Shown: positions 1-8,936 of the stretch, one piece after another
Numbering within the stretch: the first letter of the stretch is position 1
How the letters are laid out: the number at the start of each line of letters is the position of its first letter
Assembly: GCA_964458565.1 (NCBI GenBank)
Contig: CAYWJO010000034.1
Location: forward strand, 1-38,525
DNA: 38,525 bases
Origin: an uncultured archaeon
GTDB lineage: Archaea; Asgardarchaeota; Thorarchaeia; Thorarchaeales; Thorarchaeaceae
Direction: 5' to 3'
Notes under the pieces: generated by a model
Told to the model about the DNA's origin: nothing
What the model saw: only the letters and a program-made list of their open reading frames with translations
The model's database searches: none
Program-made: the position numbers and the translations under genes

Positions 1-296
1 TGTCCTTTTCCACTTTGACTGAGAATCGCAACTATCTGCCCTATATCTGTGTCTGGGCTTACGGTAACTACAGGACTTGTCATGATATCCATAAGTGTAA
101 GTTCATCATAGACCTCTTTTGAAAGAAGCGTCGCTCGTATAATGTCTCCCCGAGTCACTATTCCTGCTAAAACGTCTCCCTTGGTTACAATCAGACTTCC
201 AATCTCCTCCGCAGCCATAATCTTTGCTGCTTCTGAAACGGAGCTTGTTGCTTCAGCAGTTATTATCATCCTGGTCATGAAATCTCGAACTCGCAG
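1..296 (-). CDS. CBS-domain protein (3' end runs off window; probable CTG start)
   Basis: Not in ORF track. Minus strand reads (L/M)RVRDFMTRMIITAEATSSVSEAAKIMAAEEIGSLIVTKGDVLAGIVTRGDII, a typical CBS repeat; in-frame TGA at 305-303; GGAGTTGA just upstream. Confidence 0.88.
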   Translation of the reverse strand, partial: MRVRDFMTRMIITAEATSSVSEAAKIMAAEEIGSLIVTKGDVLAGIVTRGDIIRATLLSKEVYDELTLMDIMTSPVVTVSPDTDIGQIVAILSQSGKG

Positions 297-315
297 GTTA
301 TATCAACTCCTTATG

Positions 316-894
316 CTACATAATAGGTTCTACTTTTTCTGACAAACCCTTCTTGAGTACTATCTGTGCCATCCTTCTAAATACGTCGGTTACCTGTTCT
401 CCTGTTTTAGCAGATGTTTCATAGTATTCTGATTGGAACCAATCTCTAAGCATAAGCCCTGGTTCAACAGGAACTATCCTTTCACCAGTAAGATCCACTT
501 TATTTGCACATATAATCACAGGCGCATCTGGACATGCTTCTCTAAACGATGCAAACCAATTATTCATCGCCATATAAGTTTCAGGTCTGGTGACATCATA
601 GGCAATAATAGCTCCAGCTGCTCCCTTCATAAATTGACGCCGAAGTTCACGATAAGTATCTTGGCCCCCCATGTCCCAAATCACTAATTTGCAGTTCCGT
701 TGTTCACCAGTTTCATCAGTAATTTGAACATCCACTGTAGCAAAAGTTGTGCCGATTGTTTGCTTGTATTCTTCATCAAAAGCATTCTCTGTATATCTAC
801 GCATTAAAGACGTCTTCCCTACACAAGCGTCACCTAACAATACGATTCGGTACTTGAATCCCTCTGCATCATCTAGTTCTTTGTCTAATGCCAT
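316..894 (-). CDS. Rab-like small GTPase (Ras superfamily)
   Basis: G1 GDACVGKT, G2 TIG, G3 WDMGGQ, G4 NKVD, G5 ETSAK; no C-terminal prenylation Cys. Confidence 0.95.
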   Translation of the reverse strand: MALDKELDDAEGFKYRIVLLGDACVGKTSLMRRYTENAFDEEYKQTIGTTFATVDVQITDETGEQRNCKLVIWDMGGQDTYRELRRQFMKGAAGAIIAYDVTRPETYMAMNNWFASFREACPDAPVIICANKVDLTGERIVPVEPGLMLRDWFQSEYYETSAKTGEQVTDVFRRMAQIVLKKGLSEKVEPIM

Positions 895-985
895 GGGAAG
901 ACCTCACGCTCGTGATAACAATGGTCGCCTTAGAAATTCAATCCTATAATCTTATAATTCTATTCGGGTTCTATGTATCAAAAGC

Positions 986-1006
986 GAGAGGGTGTATTAC
1001 CCTCTC
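986..1006 (-). terminator. Hairpin just downstream of pheT (putative terminator)
   Basis: GAGAGGGT-GTATT-ACCCTCTC perfect 8-bp stem followed on the minus strand by GCTTTTG. Confidence 0.6.
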
Positions 1007-1009
1007 AAA

Positions 1010-2674
1010 TTACCACTGCGTATCTCTTGGAAGCATCATCTCGAATGCAACAATTGGTCTTGATATCTCGAAATTCTGAAGAACCTCTGGTGAAACTTCT
1101 CCAATTATTCCGTATTCTTTACCTTCTATTAAAACCACTGCTGATCTACCTTCAATGAATGACCGATTCTTTGAAGCGACCGTTTTGAATTTGTTATCTA
1201 ATCCCAGATTGCGTAATAAGAATCCAATTGATGCAAGAAGGTCCGTGATATTGACAATATTATCAATTGTTAATCCTGCGATTGACCCTACCTGTTTGAC
1301 TCTTGTTTCTGCATCTTCGTCAGGAATGAGGATGTCACCAACCTCGAATATCTTCTGAGGGTAATCAGCATGCTGATTCTGAGATGCAAAATCAACGAGA
1401 ATTGGCAAGAGTGAATTTCTTAGTATTGAATAATCCCTGCTCTTTGGATTACCAACCTCAACTAACGGATCAGTTCTTAACATCTTTGTGTTCATTGTTT
1501 CAGGTGATCCCATGATATAGCTGGTAATTTCTTGATAACCAATACCTATCATCAGGTCTCTAACTTTGTTCTTCAGCCGAGTTATTGGAAGGACCTTACC
1601 AGAGGTATGAGTTGAAGGGAGTTTCGGTTCAATTCTATCAAATCCATATCCTATTGCGACATCTTCCATAATATCAACCGGATGTAGTATATCTGTTCTA
1701 TACGGAGGACTCTCGACTGAAATCTTTCCCTTTGAAATGACCTTAGCTCCATAACACATCCTATGAAGACATTCCACTATCTGTTCATCGCCAAGTCCTA
1801 GACCAATGAGTTCATCCACCTCTGATGTGTGTATGATTGCTTTCTCAGGTTTTAGATTAGGAGTTTCAACGATCACTCCATCAGGGTATTCTGTTGTGAG
1901 TGATTCTATCTGACCTCCTCTCTCAGCGAGAGCAGTTATCATTATATTGAGTGCTTGGTTTACTGTCGGAAGATGAGTACCAGTGACCTCGACAAAGATA
2001 TTGGTAGTATCAGTTGTCAACCTACCTAAGGTATTACTATTAATCACAGGCGGAAGACTCAAAGTGTCTCCTGAATCATCTATCAGAAGTGGCCATTTTG
2101 GATACTCTTTGATTATCGGACCATATATGGGTCCCTTCTCGTGAGTAACAAGGATTTTGGGGCCATCCATAATTTCCTCGTACCCCAATGGAGGGAACTT
2201 GATATTCTTGGGTAATTCCACTTTATAGTAGACTGGAAACTTGATATCATCATAGACATAGAGACCTATGCTAGCTTTTCGTCTATTCCGGCCATGGGTT
2301 GAGGTAAGTGCTTCTTGGAGGTGCATATAATCGATCAATAAATCTTCATTAATTTCAATCCCTTTGACGATGCCGCATGAAATGAAGGGACGAATTTTTT
2401 TCAGCCCATTCTTAACGATTACCTTCTTCCCAGATTTTTTCACTTTGAACACTTTTGGTCCTGGTGAGATGCCCATGAATGCCTTTAGTGATCGCGCTAT
2501 GCCTTCCGTAGAGAGCATATCTTGTCGATCTGGATTGATCTCAATCTCGATTTCATCACCTTCGACTTTTTCAATCTCTGCCTTGAGAGAGAAGAGATTA
2601 TCCTCTAATTCCTTCAAAGCAATTTTCTTTCCTATGAGCTTCCTAAGTTCACTTAAGAGACAATTTACAATCAT
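1010..2674 (-). CDS. pheT: Phenylalanine--tRNA ligase beta subunit (archaeal type)
   Basis: NPDRQDMLSTEGIARSL, B3/4 SLPPVINS, B5 PPYRTDILHPVDIMEDVAIGYG, LRNSLLP; follows pheS. Confidence 0.97.
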   Translation of the reverse strand: MIVNCLLSELRKLIGKKIALKELEDNLFSLKAEIEKVEGDEIEIEINPDRQDMLSTEGIARSLKAFMGISPGPKVFKVKKSGKKVIVKNGLKKIRPFISCGIVKGIEINEDLLIDYMHLQEALTSTHGRNRRKASIGLYVYDDIKFPVYYKVELPKNIKFPPLGYEEIMDGPKILVTHEKGPIYGPIIKEYPKWPLLIDDSGDTLSLPPVINSNTLGRLTTDTTNIFVEVTGTHLPTVNQALNIMITALAERGGQIESLTTEYPDGVIVETPNLKPEKAIIHTSEVDELIGLGLGDEQIVECLHRMCYGAKVISKGKISVESPPYRTDILHPVDIMEDVAIGYGFDRIEPKLPSTHTSGKVLPITRLKNKVRDLMIGIGYQEITSYIMGSPETMNTKMLRTDPLVEVGNPKSRDYSILRNSLLPILVDFASQNQHADYPQKIFEVGDILIPDEDAETRVKQVGSIAGLTIDNIVNITDLLASIGFLLRNLGLDNKFKTVASKNRSFIEGRSAVVLIEGKEYGIIGEVSPEVLQNFEISRPIVAFEMMLPRDTQW

Positions 2675-2680
2675 GACATC

Positions 2681-4192
2681 TCACCTTACGAAATAGCTCC
2701 TTCGCAACCAATTCAGGTCTCGTGAATAGAGCTCTCTAATATCATTAATTCCCATAGATGCCATAAACAGACGCCCTGAACCAATTCCCCATGCAAGTAC
2801 TGGGTCTTTGATACCGAGTGGTTGTGTCACCTCAGGTCTGAAGATACCTCCTGGCGCCACTTCTATCCACCCAAGCACATCATGTTTCGCGAATACTTCG
2901 ATACTTGGTTCTGTGAAGGGGAACTGACCAGGTTTCCATTTCATCTTCTTAATACCTACTCTCCTGCATATCTCTGTGAGATATCCTAGAAGATCTCTAA
3001 GATTGAGTCCCACATCCATTATGATACCTTCACACTGATTGAATTCTTGCGCATGTCTTGCACTCAGAGTTTCAGAGCGGAAATTTCGATCAATAATGAA
3101 CATCTTTTGAGGTGATTCTTTGTGTTCCCAGAGATATCTCATGGAAACAGGTGTAGTATGTGCTCTAAGGCAGAGTCGTGTTGCAACCTCTCTACTATAT
3201 GGAGATTCCCATCCTTTTGATCCTGTGTCCCCTCCATTTTCATGAACCTCTTTAATCGCACGATAATACTTCTCATCAGGAATTGTTCCATGATCATAAG
3301 GGGTTACTACTCGATATTGATCCTGAACCTCTCTGGCAACATGGTCTTGTGGCACGAATAATGTATCATTATTCCAGAATTCAGTTTCAACATAGGGCCC
3401 AAACCATTCAATAAAACCCATTCCAACAAGAATTTCTCTTAGCCAATCATTGAATTCAGCGTATGGATGCTTCTTACCATAATTTACGAAAGGCGGCTTA
3501 GATTCTACGTTATATGGCCTGAATTTCTTGTTTTTCCAGGATTCGGAGAGTAATAATTCTGATGTGAGATTTTCGATTCCATCTGTGCTTGTTTCAAGAA
3601 GCTCAGTAATATCGCGAAGGCGGATAGGATTTATTTCGACTTCATACCTATTTCGAGTAATAGGAATCAAAAGTTTCCTTTCAATGAGGGGTCGATATTC
3701 ATCCATTTCGATTATGACTAAATCAGCATCAATCTCCTTAGCTGCATTTTCAAGTAACTCTCTATGCTTTGAATCAATCGGTTCTTTTTTCACTTCAACA
3801 ATTGTAACATTTCCTTCCTTTGATGTAATTACCATATCAAATTGCTTTGCCCATTTCACTGCAATTCCTTTGGCTTTCCCTTCGATTCCCGCCTTTGAAA
3901 TTGCCTTGTCTAACTCCACTCTGTAACCCAGTTTCGCTATTGCATCAGCTAGCGCCTCTTCCGGAAATCTTCCATCAAGGTACGACTCACCCTCTGCAGT
4001 AACTTGAACACTTGTCGATTCTATGGCATGCAAAATCACAAATCCACGTTGGTTTAAAGAATTCAGAATGGAGAGGACTCTTTCTTCTCTTTCTTTTAGC
4101 TTTTCTGAGAGTTCTGCGACAGATATTTGTTCTCCTAGTGATACTAGCTTCCTGAGTACTGTTCTTTCTCCTTTAGTCAGCTGTGCACTCAT
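2681..4192 (-). CDS. pheS: Phenylalanine--tRNA ligase alpha subunit
   Basis: GKKHP, LRAHTT, FRSE..HAQEFNQCEG, FPFTEPS, GGIFRPEV, AWGIG. Confidence 0.97.
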   Translation of the reverse strand: MSAQLTKGERTVLRKLVSLGEQISVAELSEKLKEREERVLSILNSLNQRGFVILHAIESTSVQVTAEGESYLDGRFPEEALADAIAKLGYRVELDKAISKAGIEGKAKGIAVKWAKQFDMVITSKEGNVTIVEVKKEPIDSKHRELLENAAKEIDADLVIIEMDEYRPLIERKLLIPITRNRYEVEINPIRLRDITELLETSTDGIENLTSELLLSESWKNKKFRPYNVESKPPFVNYGKKHPYAEFNDWLREILVGMGFIEWFGPYVETEFWNNDTLFVPQDHVAREVQDQYRVVTPYDHGTIPDEKYYRAIKEVHENGGDTGSKGWESPYSREVATRLCLRAHTTPVSMRYLWEHKESPQKMFIIDRNFRSETLSARHAQEFNQCEGIIMDVGLNLRDLLGYLTEICRRVGIKKMKWKPGQFPFTEPSIEVFAKHDVLGWIEVAPGGIFRPEVTQPLGIKDPVLAWGIGSGRLFMASMGINDIRELYSRDLNWLRRSYFVR

Positions 4193-4393
4193 TTGTCAAT
4201 ATGGCCTCCGGAAATATTTCGCAGCAAGGAACGACCGACCTTATCTGGACCTATCCAGTTCAAGAAATAGCACCTTATTGAATTGATGTAAATTGGCGGT
4301 ACATCCCTTCGTTCACCTGTACTTTCTTCACTATAGACCTGCCTTTTTAACTTGTCGTCTTGTTTGAGTCGTGAACCCAATAAGTGCAAACTA

Positions 4394-4408
4394 CACAAGT
4401 TTTTAATA
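4394..4408 (+). promoter_or_regulatory. Putative TATA promoter for aRF1
   Basis: CAAG-TTTTTAAT at 4396-4407; standard spacing predicts TSS near 4429-4430. Confidence 0.5.
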
Positions 4409-4499
4409 CGCAGCAAAAGTTATCGATAATGACAATCCTCGACAGACCTCTCTTTCTGATAGTAAACGTCGACTTGTCATAGAATTTCGGTGAAGAACT

Positions 4500-5579
4500 A
4501 TGTCTGCAGCCAGACAAAGACTAAGACGCAAAATTGAGGAGTTGAAATCACTCCAAGGTAGGCATAGCTCATTCACAACATTGTATATCCCGCCTAGCAA
4601 GAATCTGATTGATGTCATTAGCTTTGTAAAATCGGAACTAGCAGGTGCAGACAATATCAAGAGTAAAGCAAACAGGAAAAATGTACAAGATAATTTGACT
4701 GCAATGCTTAGTGAGTTGACTATGATTACTGAACTGCCAGAAAATGGACTTGCTATATTCTATGGTGTTATTGAAGAAGGAGGATCCGGTGAAGTTATTC
4801 GTGAACTTGTAATTCCCCCTTCTCCTATTTCACAATTTGTCTATCAATGTGGAAGAGAGTTTGTGACTGATGAACTAGAAGATATGACCAAGCCTAAGAG
4901 CTTGGTTGTCATTGTCCTTATTGAAGGTGGAAAAATCACAATTGGATACCTTCGTGGAAAACATCTTGAACTTATTCGTGATGAGGATTTCTATATTATA
5001 GGTAAGACACGAGCTGGTGGTCAGAGTGCTCGGCGTTATGAGCGAATTCGAGATGAAAAAATGGCTGAGTTCTTCAAATTCTCAGGTCGAATGCTAAATG
5101 ACCTCTTGCTGGATAATATCGAGAATGTCGACGCAATCGTGTTAGGGGGCAATACAATTCGTGCTCAGGAATTTCTCGAAAAGGGTGGGTTGGACTACAG
5201 GCTTAGAGACAAAGTAGCTGAAACACTAATTCCTGTTAGCATTATTGATGAAACTGGTCTTTATCAGGCAGTGAAAGAAGCCTCACGGATATTGAAAGAA
5301 ACGGAAATCTATGCTGAACGCCAAGCGTGGGATCAATTTATGGAGGACCTCATGAAAGGTAATTCCACGGCGGCTTATGGTATAGATGAAGTGACCGAGG
5401 CTCTTCGTCAGGGAAGGGTAGATGTATTAATGGTTTCAGAGGACGAGTTTGAAAAATATGGCTCTTTGATTGAAGAATCAGAGGAATATGGCACAGAGAT
5501 TCTAATATTCTCCTCTCAGACGGAATCAGGCGCCCAACTCAAGAATTTTGGTGGAATTGCCGCGAGACTTCGCTGGTAA
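4500..5579 (+). CDS. prf1: Peptide chain release factor aRF1
   Basis: NIKS, YxCxxxF (YQCGREF), GGQSARR, C-terminal FGGIAARLR; GGTGA RBS at 4489-4493. Confidence 0.95.
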   Translation: MSAARQRLRRKIEELKSLQGRHSSFTTLYIPPSKNLIDVISFVKSELAGADNIKSKANRKNVQDNLTAMLSELTMITELPENGLAIFYGVIEEGGSGEVIRELVIPPSPISQFVYQCGREFVTDELEDMTKPKSLVVIVLIEGGKITIGYLRGKHLELIRDEDFYIIGKTRAGGQSARRYERIRDEKMAEFFKFSGRMLNDLLLDNIENVDAIVLGGNTIRAQEFLEKGGLDYRLRDKVAETLIPVSIIDETGLYQAVKEASRILKETEIYAERQAWDQFMEDLMKGNSTAAYGIDEVTEALRQGRVDVLMVSEDEFEKYGSLIEESEEYGTEILIFSSQTESGAQLKNFGGIAARLRW

Positions 5580-5581
5580 AA

Positions 5582-5995
5582 CTAATTTTTAGGAATCCGT
5601 GGTAATTCTTCAATTCCCTTGATATCTTCCACCCATTTTGTAAGACCATCAGCAATTTCATCTAGATACTTAGATAGGACTTCAAAATATCTTGATAGAT
5701 GATCTTCCTTAAGTTTTCCTGATTTTTCTTTGTAGTCTTTGACCCTTTTTGGAAGGCTCTTTGTCCATCCAATAATAGCCAACTGTGCTCTGCGATCCTG
5801 TAAAATATCACGTGCAGTCTTTTTCTTTCTCCAAAGACTTAGTAGCTCTTCAGAAAGCTGCTGAATTGTAATTGCTGTAATCACCAATTTCTTGGCATCC
5901 AGCTTGAGACTCTTTACTCTTGCTGTATAATAGATTTCTTTTAGAATCCTTTTAGATGAAATAACAATCGTAAGAAACCTTTGGAGTTCATGCAT
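5582..5995 (-). CDS. Hypothetical basic helical protein
   Basis: 137-aa ORF filling the gap, convergent with aRF1; no motif recognised. Confidence 0.7.
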   Translation of the reverse strand: MHELQRFLTIVISSKRILKEIYYTARVKSLKLDAKKLVITAITIQQLSEELLSLWRKKKTARDILQDRRAQLAIIGWTKSLPKRVKDYKEKSGKLKEDHLSRYFEVLSKYLDEIADGLTKWVEDIKGIEELPRIPKN

Positions 5996-6165
5996 GTTCT
6001 CTGAATAGACAATACTCTAAATGGCTTTATTGGTTGAATTCCTAGCAAAAAATTTCTATTTTAACCCCATATCGGTGTCTGTATATGTACACAAACAAGA
6101 GAGCTTTATTTATATTCGAGTATCTTAAAACTAGCAGTAGTAGACTTCCGATATAGTTCTAATCG

Positions 6166-6606
6166 GTGATGGGTGATCAGATGTCAGGAGAAAGTGAATA
6201 CGAAGGAGCAACAGCTGGCCGCGTATTGAATTTTAATGAAGGTGAACACATCAAGTTTCCTTCCTCGTTCAAACACGCTCTCGGTACAGATAAGGGTCTA
6301 ATGGTTATGATTTACAAAGATCGATTGGCAAAGATATTTCCTCTAGATACAGATGAAGTTAGTTTTCTGAGTTTGGAAATTGGAAAACTTACTAACGACT
6401 TCTTGACCAAGCTTTCCCAGATATTCAAGAAAGCTGGTTTAGTTGACCTCCTCTTTTCAACAGGGGTGTGTCTTCGTGGTAGCCGCTGTTTCTATGAGTG
6501 CTATTTCAGTCCTGGACAATTGATTATTGATGCGGGAGAATTGAAGAATTCTTTGAGCGAACTTGGTGGAGTTAAAAACGTTATAATCGAGAAGGTTCTT
6601 CTATAA
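6166..6606 (+). CDS. Hypothetical regulator, possible AbrB-like N-terminus plus ACT-like C-terminus
   Basis: HIKFPSSFKHALG resembles AbrB-type 'ITIPKEIREALG'; C-terminal LKNSLSELGGVKNV is ACT-like; start may be 6169 or 6181. Confidence 0.55.
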   Translation: MMGDQMSGESEYEGATAGRVLNFNEGEHIKFPSSFKHALGTDKGLMVMIYKDRLAKIFPLDTDEVSFLSLEIGKLTNDFLTKLSQIFKKAGLVDLLFSTGVCLRGSRCFYECYFSPGQLIIDAGELKNSLSELGGVKNVIIEKVLL

Positions 6607-6664
6607 GTCTCAATTTGTCTCTCAAACGCATAGGCATGAAAATAATACCCCAAGGTCCAGAATT

Positions 6665-7294
6665 ATGCAAGACATAGCTCAATTCTTCACTGATTTAATT
6701 CTTCAAGGGTATCTAGGTCTATTCATAGCGTGTTTCGCTATTAACATGATTCCTTTTGGTCCTAGTAATATGGTTCTAGCTGGAGCAGCAATAGTCTTGC
6801 TTCCTTCAATGAATTGGGTACTAGTTGGAATTATAGTTGCCCTTTCCGCAACATCAGCAAAGCTGATTCATTACTACATGGTTAGAGGTTCCCGGCTCAT
6901 CATGTCTGAAGAACGATTGAAGATTCTTGACCGTGAAAGAGAACGTGTGGATAAATGGGGTGCAATAGCTCTCTTTATTTCCGCAGCATCTCCAGTCCCT
7001 GATGACCCACTGATTGTATACACGGGATTTACAAAATATAATGTAGTAAAACTCACGCTTAGCTATTATTTAGGTAAGGTCTGCGTGACATTAGCAGGTG
7101 CATTCATTGGTTATGCTGTAGGTAGTTTCTTCGAATCAATTCCAATGATTATTGGATCTATCGCATTGACTTTAATAATAACTGGTTTTCTCTTCCGTCC
7201 TAAAGAAGCAAAAGGAGAATCTTCAATATTGCAAGATGTACTTAAGGAGAGGAAGTCTGATAATTCTGAGGATTCTCAAAATCCGCAGATTTGA
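6665..7294 (+). CDS. DedA/VTT-domain membrane protein
   Basis: YLGLFIACFAINMIPFGP, WGAIALF, ASPVPDD, GK motif, multiple TM helices. Confidence 0.85.
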   Translation: MQDIAQFFTDLILQGYLGLFIACFAINMIPFGPSNMVLAGAAIVLLPSMNWVLVGIIVALSATSAKLIHYYMVRGSRLIMSEERLKILDRERERVDKWGAIALFISAASPVPDDPLIVYTGFTKYNVVKLTLSYYLGKVCVTLAGAFIGYAVGSFFESIPMIIGSIALTLIITGFLFRPKEAKGESSILQDVLKERKSDNSEDSQNPQI

Positions 7295-7313
7295 CACAAT
7301 TCTTAAGTGATTA

Positions 7314-7739
7314 ATGATTGCTCAACTCATTGAAGGTATATTGATGCCAGGAACGAGTACTACTGAAATTAAATGTGTAAAATGTAAGCGGGTCTATGAG
7401 ACAGATGTAATCGATCACATTGACCTTTCAGAAGACAGTGATTTAATCAAGAAACTCGAAACTGGGAAGGCTAATCGTGTTCAATGCCCTAAGTGTAAAA
7501 AGGTCCAATACCTGGATCGAAGTATAGTCATAAATTTCGAACCTCAGAATCTGATTGTAGTTTATGATCCAGAAGCTAAATCAGATGCTGCCAAAGAAGA
7601 ATTGCGACGTAACTTTGAGAGTGTCACGAGATTTAATGAAATCCTATCCGAAATCGGAGACGAGATTGAATTTCACGTATTTGTTAAAATTGACGAGCTC
7701 AAACCGTTCTTGCAAGAGTACCTGACACTCTATGGCTAA
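7314..7739 (+). CDS. CpXC-domain (two CxxC, zinc-ribbon-like) protein
   Basis: CVKC ... CPKC with typical spacing; likely start ATG 7344. Confidence 0.8.
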   Translation: MIAQLIEGILMPGTSTTEIKCVKCKRVYETDVIDHIDLSEDSDLIKKLETGKANRVQCPKCKKVQYLDRSIVINFEPQNLIVVYDPEAKSDAAKEELRRNFESVTRFNEILSEIGDEIEFHVFVKIDELKPFLQEYLTLYG

Positions 7740-7745
7740 GTATCT

Positions 7746-8813
7746 TCAGAGTTTTCTCTTACCTAGAAGAAACTCTTCTACCCATCTCTCAGCCTTATAG
7801 TATGGTACGCTTACTGGGGCTTTCTTGAATCCATATGCGGATATCGCTTCTAATGCGCCACCAATCTCTCTTTTCAAGGCAAGTTTTGCACCACGAATAA
7901 CATCCATTAATATCGGACCTGCATTAGGGCCATCTGTGACCTCCATTCGAATATCTATGACAACTGGTGCACCACCAAATTGACGACCATGAACATAGAA
8001 ATATGACTCGCGTCCATTATCTAAAAATGGTACATAATCTGAAGAACCTGCTACTAGTGGAGCTTCATAGGGCAAATCCTGACTGATTGCGGATGTTTTG
8101 ACTCCTCTCTTTCTCATCCTTCCCCGGTAGTGAGAGTCCAGCGATTCAGCCCCTCCGCCCACATCCAATTGATAGCTCTTATCAACTCTTACGCCTCTGG
8201 CTACAAGCAGCTGTAGAATATTTCGATGCAAAATTGTTGACCCAAATTGGTCTTGTATGTCATCACCAACCAAAGGAAGTCCTTTCTCCTTGAACTTTGC
8301 ACTCCACTCAGAATCAGAGGCAATACTGACAGGTGTTCCGTTGATGAATGCACATCCAGCTTCAAGAGCCGCGTTAGCATAGAACAATGTAGCTTCTCTA
8401 GCAGATCCAGGCAATAGATTCAGCACGATTTCTGCACCCGTATCTTTCAATACCTTTGTCACATCAGAAGTACTCTTGTCCGATACTTTAACTAGCGCCT
8501 TTAACATGTCATCTACGCCATCCAGTTCTTTACCCATGTTAACAATCACATTAGTCTTCGGAACTTTAGCGAACTTCATGACATTATTAGGCTCTGCAAA
8601 GACAGCTTCAGAAAGATCGAGTCCAACCTTGCTGTCTATTACATCAAAAGCTGCTACAAAGGAAATGTCTCCTACGTGAAATCCAGCAAAATCAATATGG
8701 TTTAAACCGATAACATCCTCTGAGGCTTTTGCATTTTTATAATACTCTACACCCTGTACCAGGGCACTTGCTACATTTCCAACACCAATAAGAGCTACTT
8801 TGATTTCAGTCAT
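7746..8813 (-). CDS. ino1: myo-inositol-1-phosphate synthase family protein
   Basis: IGVGNVASALVQG, AFINGTP, VGDDIQDQFGSTILHR, DGPNAGP, SAYGFK. Confidence 0.9.
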   Translation of the reverse strand: MTEIKVALIGVGNVASALVQGVEYYKNAKASEDVIGLNHIDFAGFHVGDISFVAAFDVIDSKVGLDLSEAVFAEPNNVMKFAKVPKTNVIVNMGKELDGVDDMLKALVKVSDKSTSDVTKVLKDTGAEIVLNLLPGSAREATLFYANAALEAGCAFINGTPVSIASDSEWSAKFKEKGLPLVGDDIQDQFGSTILHRNILQLLVARGVRVDKSYQLDVGGGAESLDSHYRGRMRKRGVKTSAISQDLPYEAPLVAGSSDYVPFLDNGRESYFYVHGRQFGGAPVVIDIRMEVTDGPNAGPILMDVIRGAKLALKREIGGALEAISAYGFKKAPVSVPYYKAERWVEEFLLGKRKL

Positions 8814-8897
8814 TATTAACGCCTCTTAGATACATTTCTGACATTTCCCCAAATGATGTATTTAAAGTTTTATGAGCATATAATAGTTGGATATGTG

Positions 8898-8914
8898 GAA
8901 GAAGACTGATAAGT
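8898..8914 (+). promoter_or_regulatory. Putative BRE/TATA-like promoter of the candidate ncRNA
   Basis: Purine-rich GAAGAAGA followed by CTGATAAG; first T (8907) is 30 nt upstream of G8937, the 5' end of the terminal helix. Confidence 0.4.
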
Positions 8915-8936
8915 GTTGGTGCATACAATATTATTT

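Noticed and set aside
4189-4416. 75-aa ORF overlapping the pheS start
   Set aside because: TTG start without RBS, crosses predicted divergent promoters, no recognisable protein features
8853-8909. C/D-box sRNA (ATGATGT..CTGA)
   Set aside because: Imperfect C box, AT-rich guides, overlaps likely divergent TATA elements
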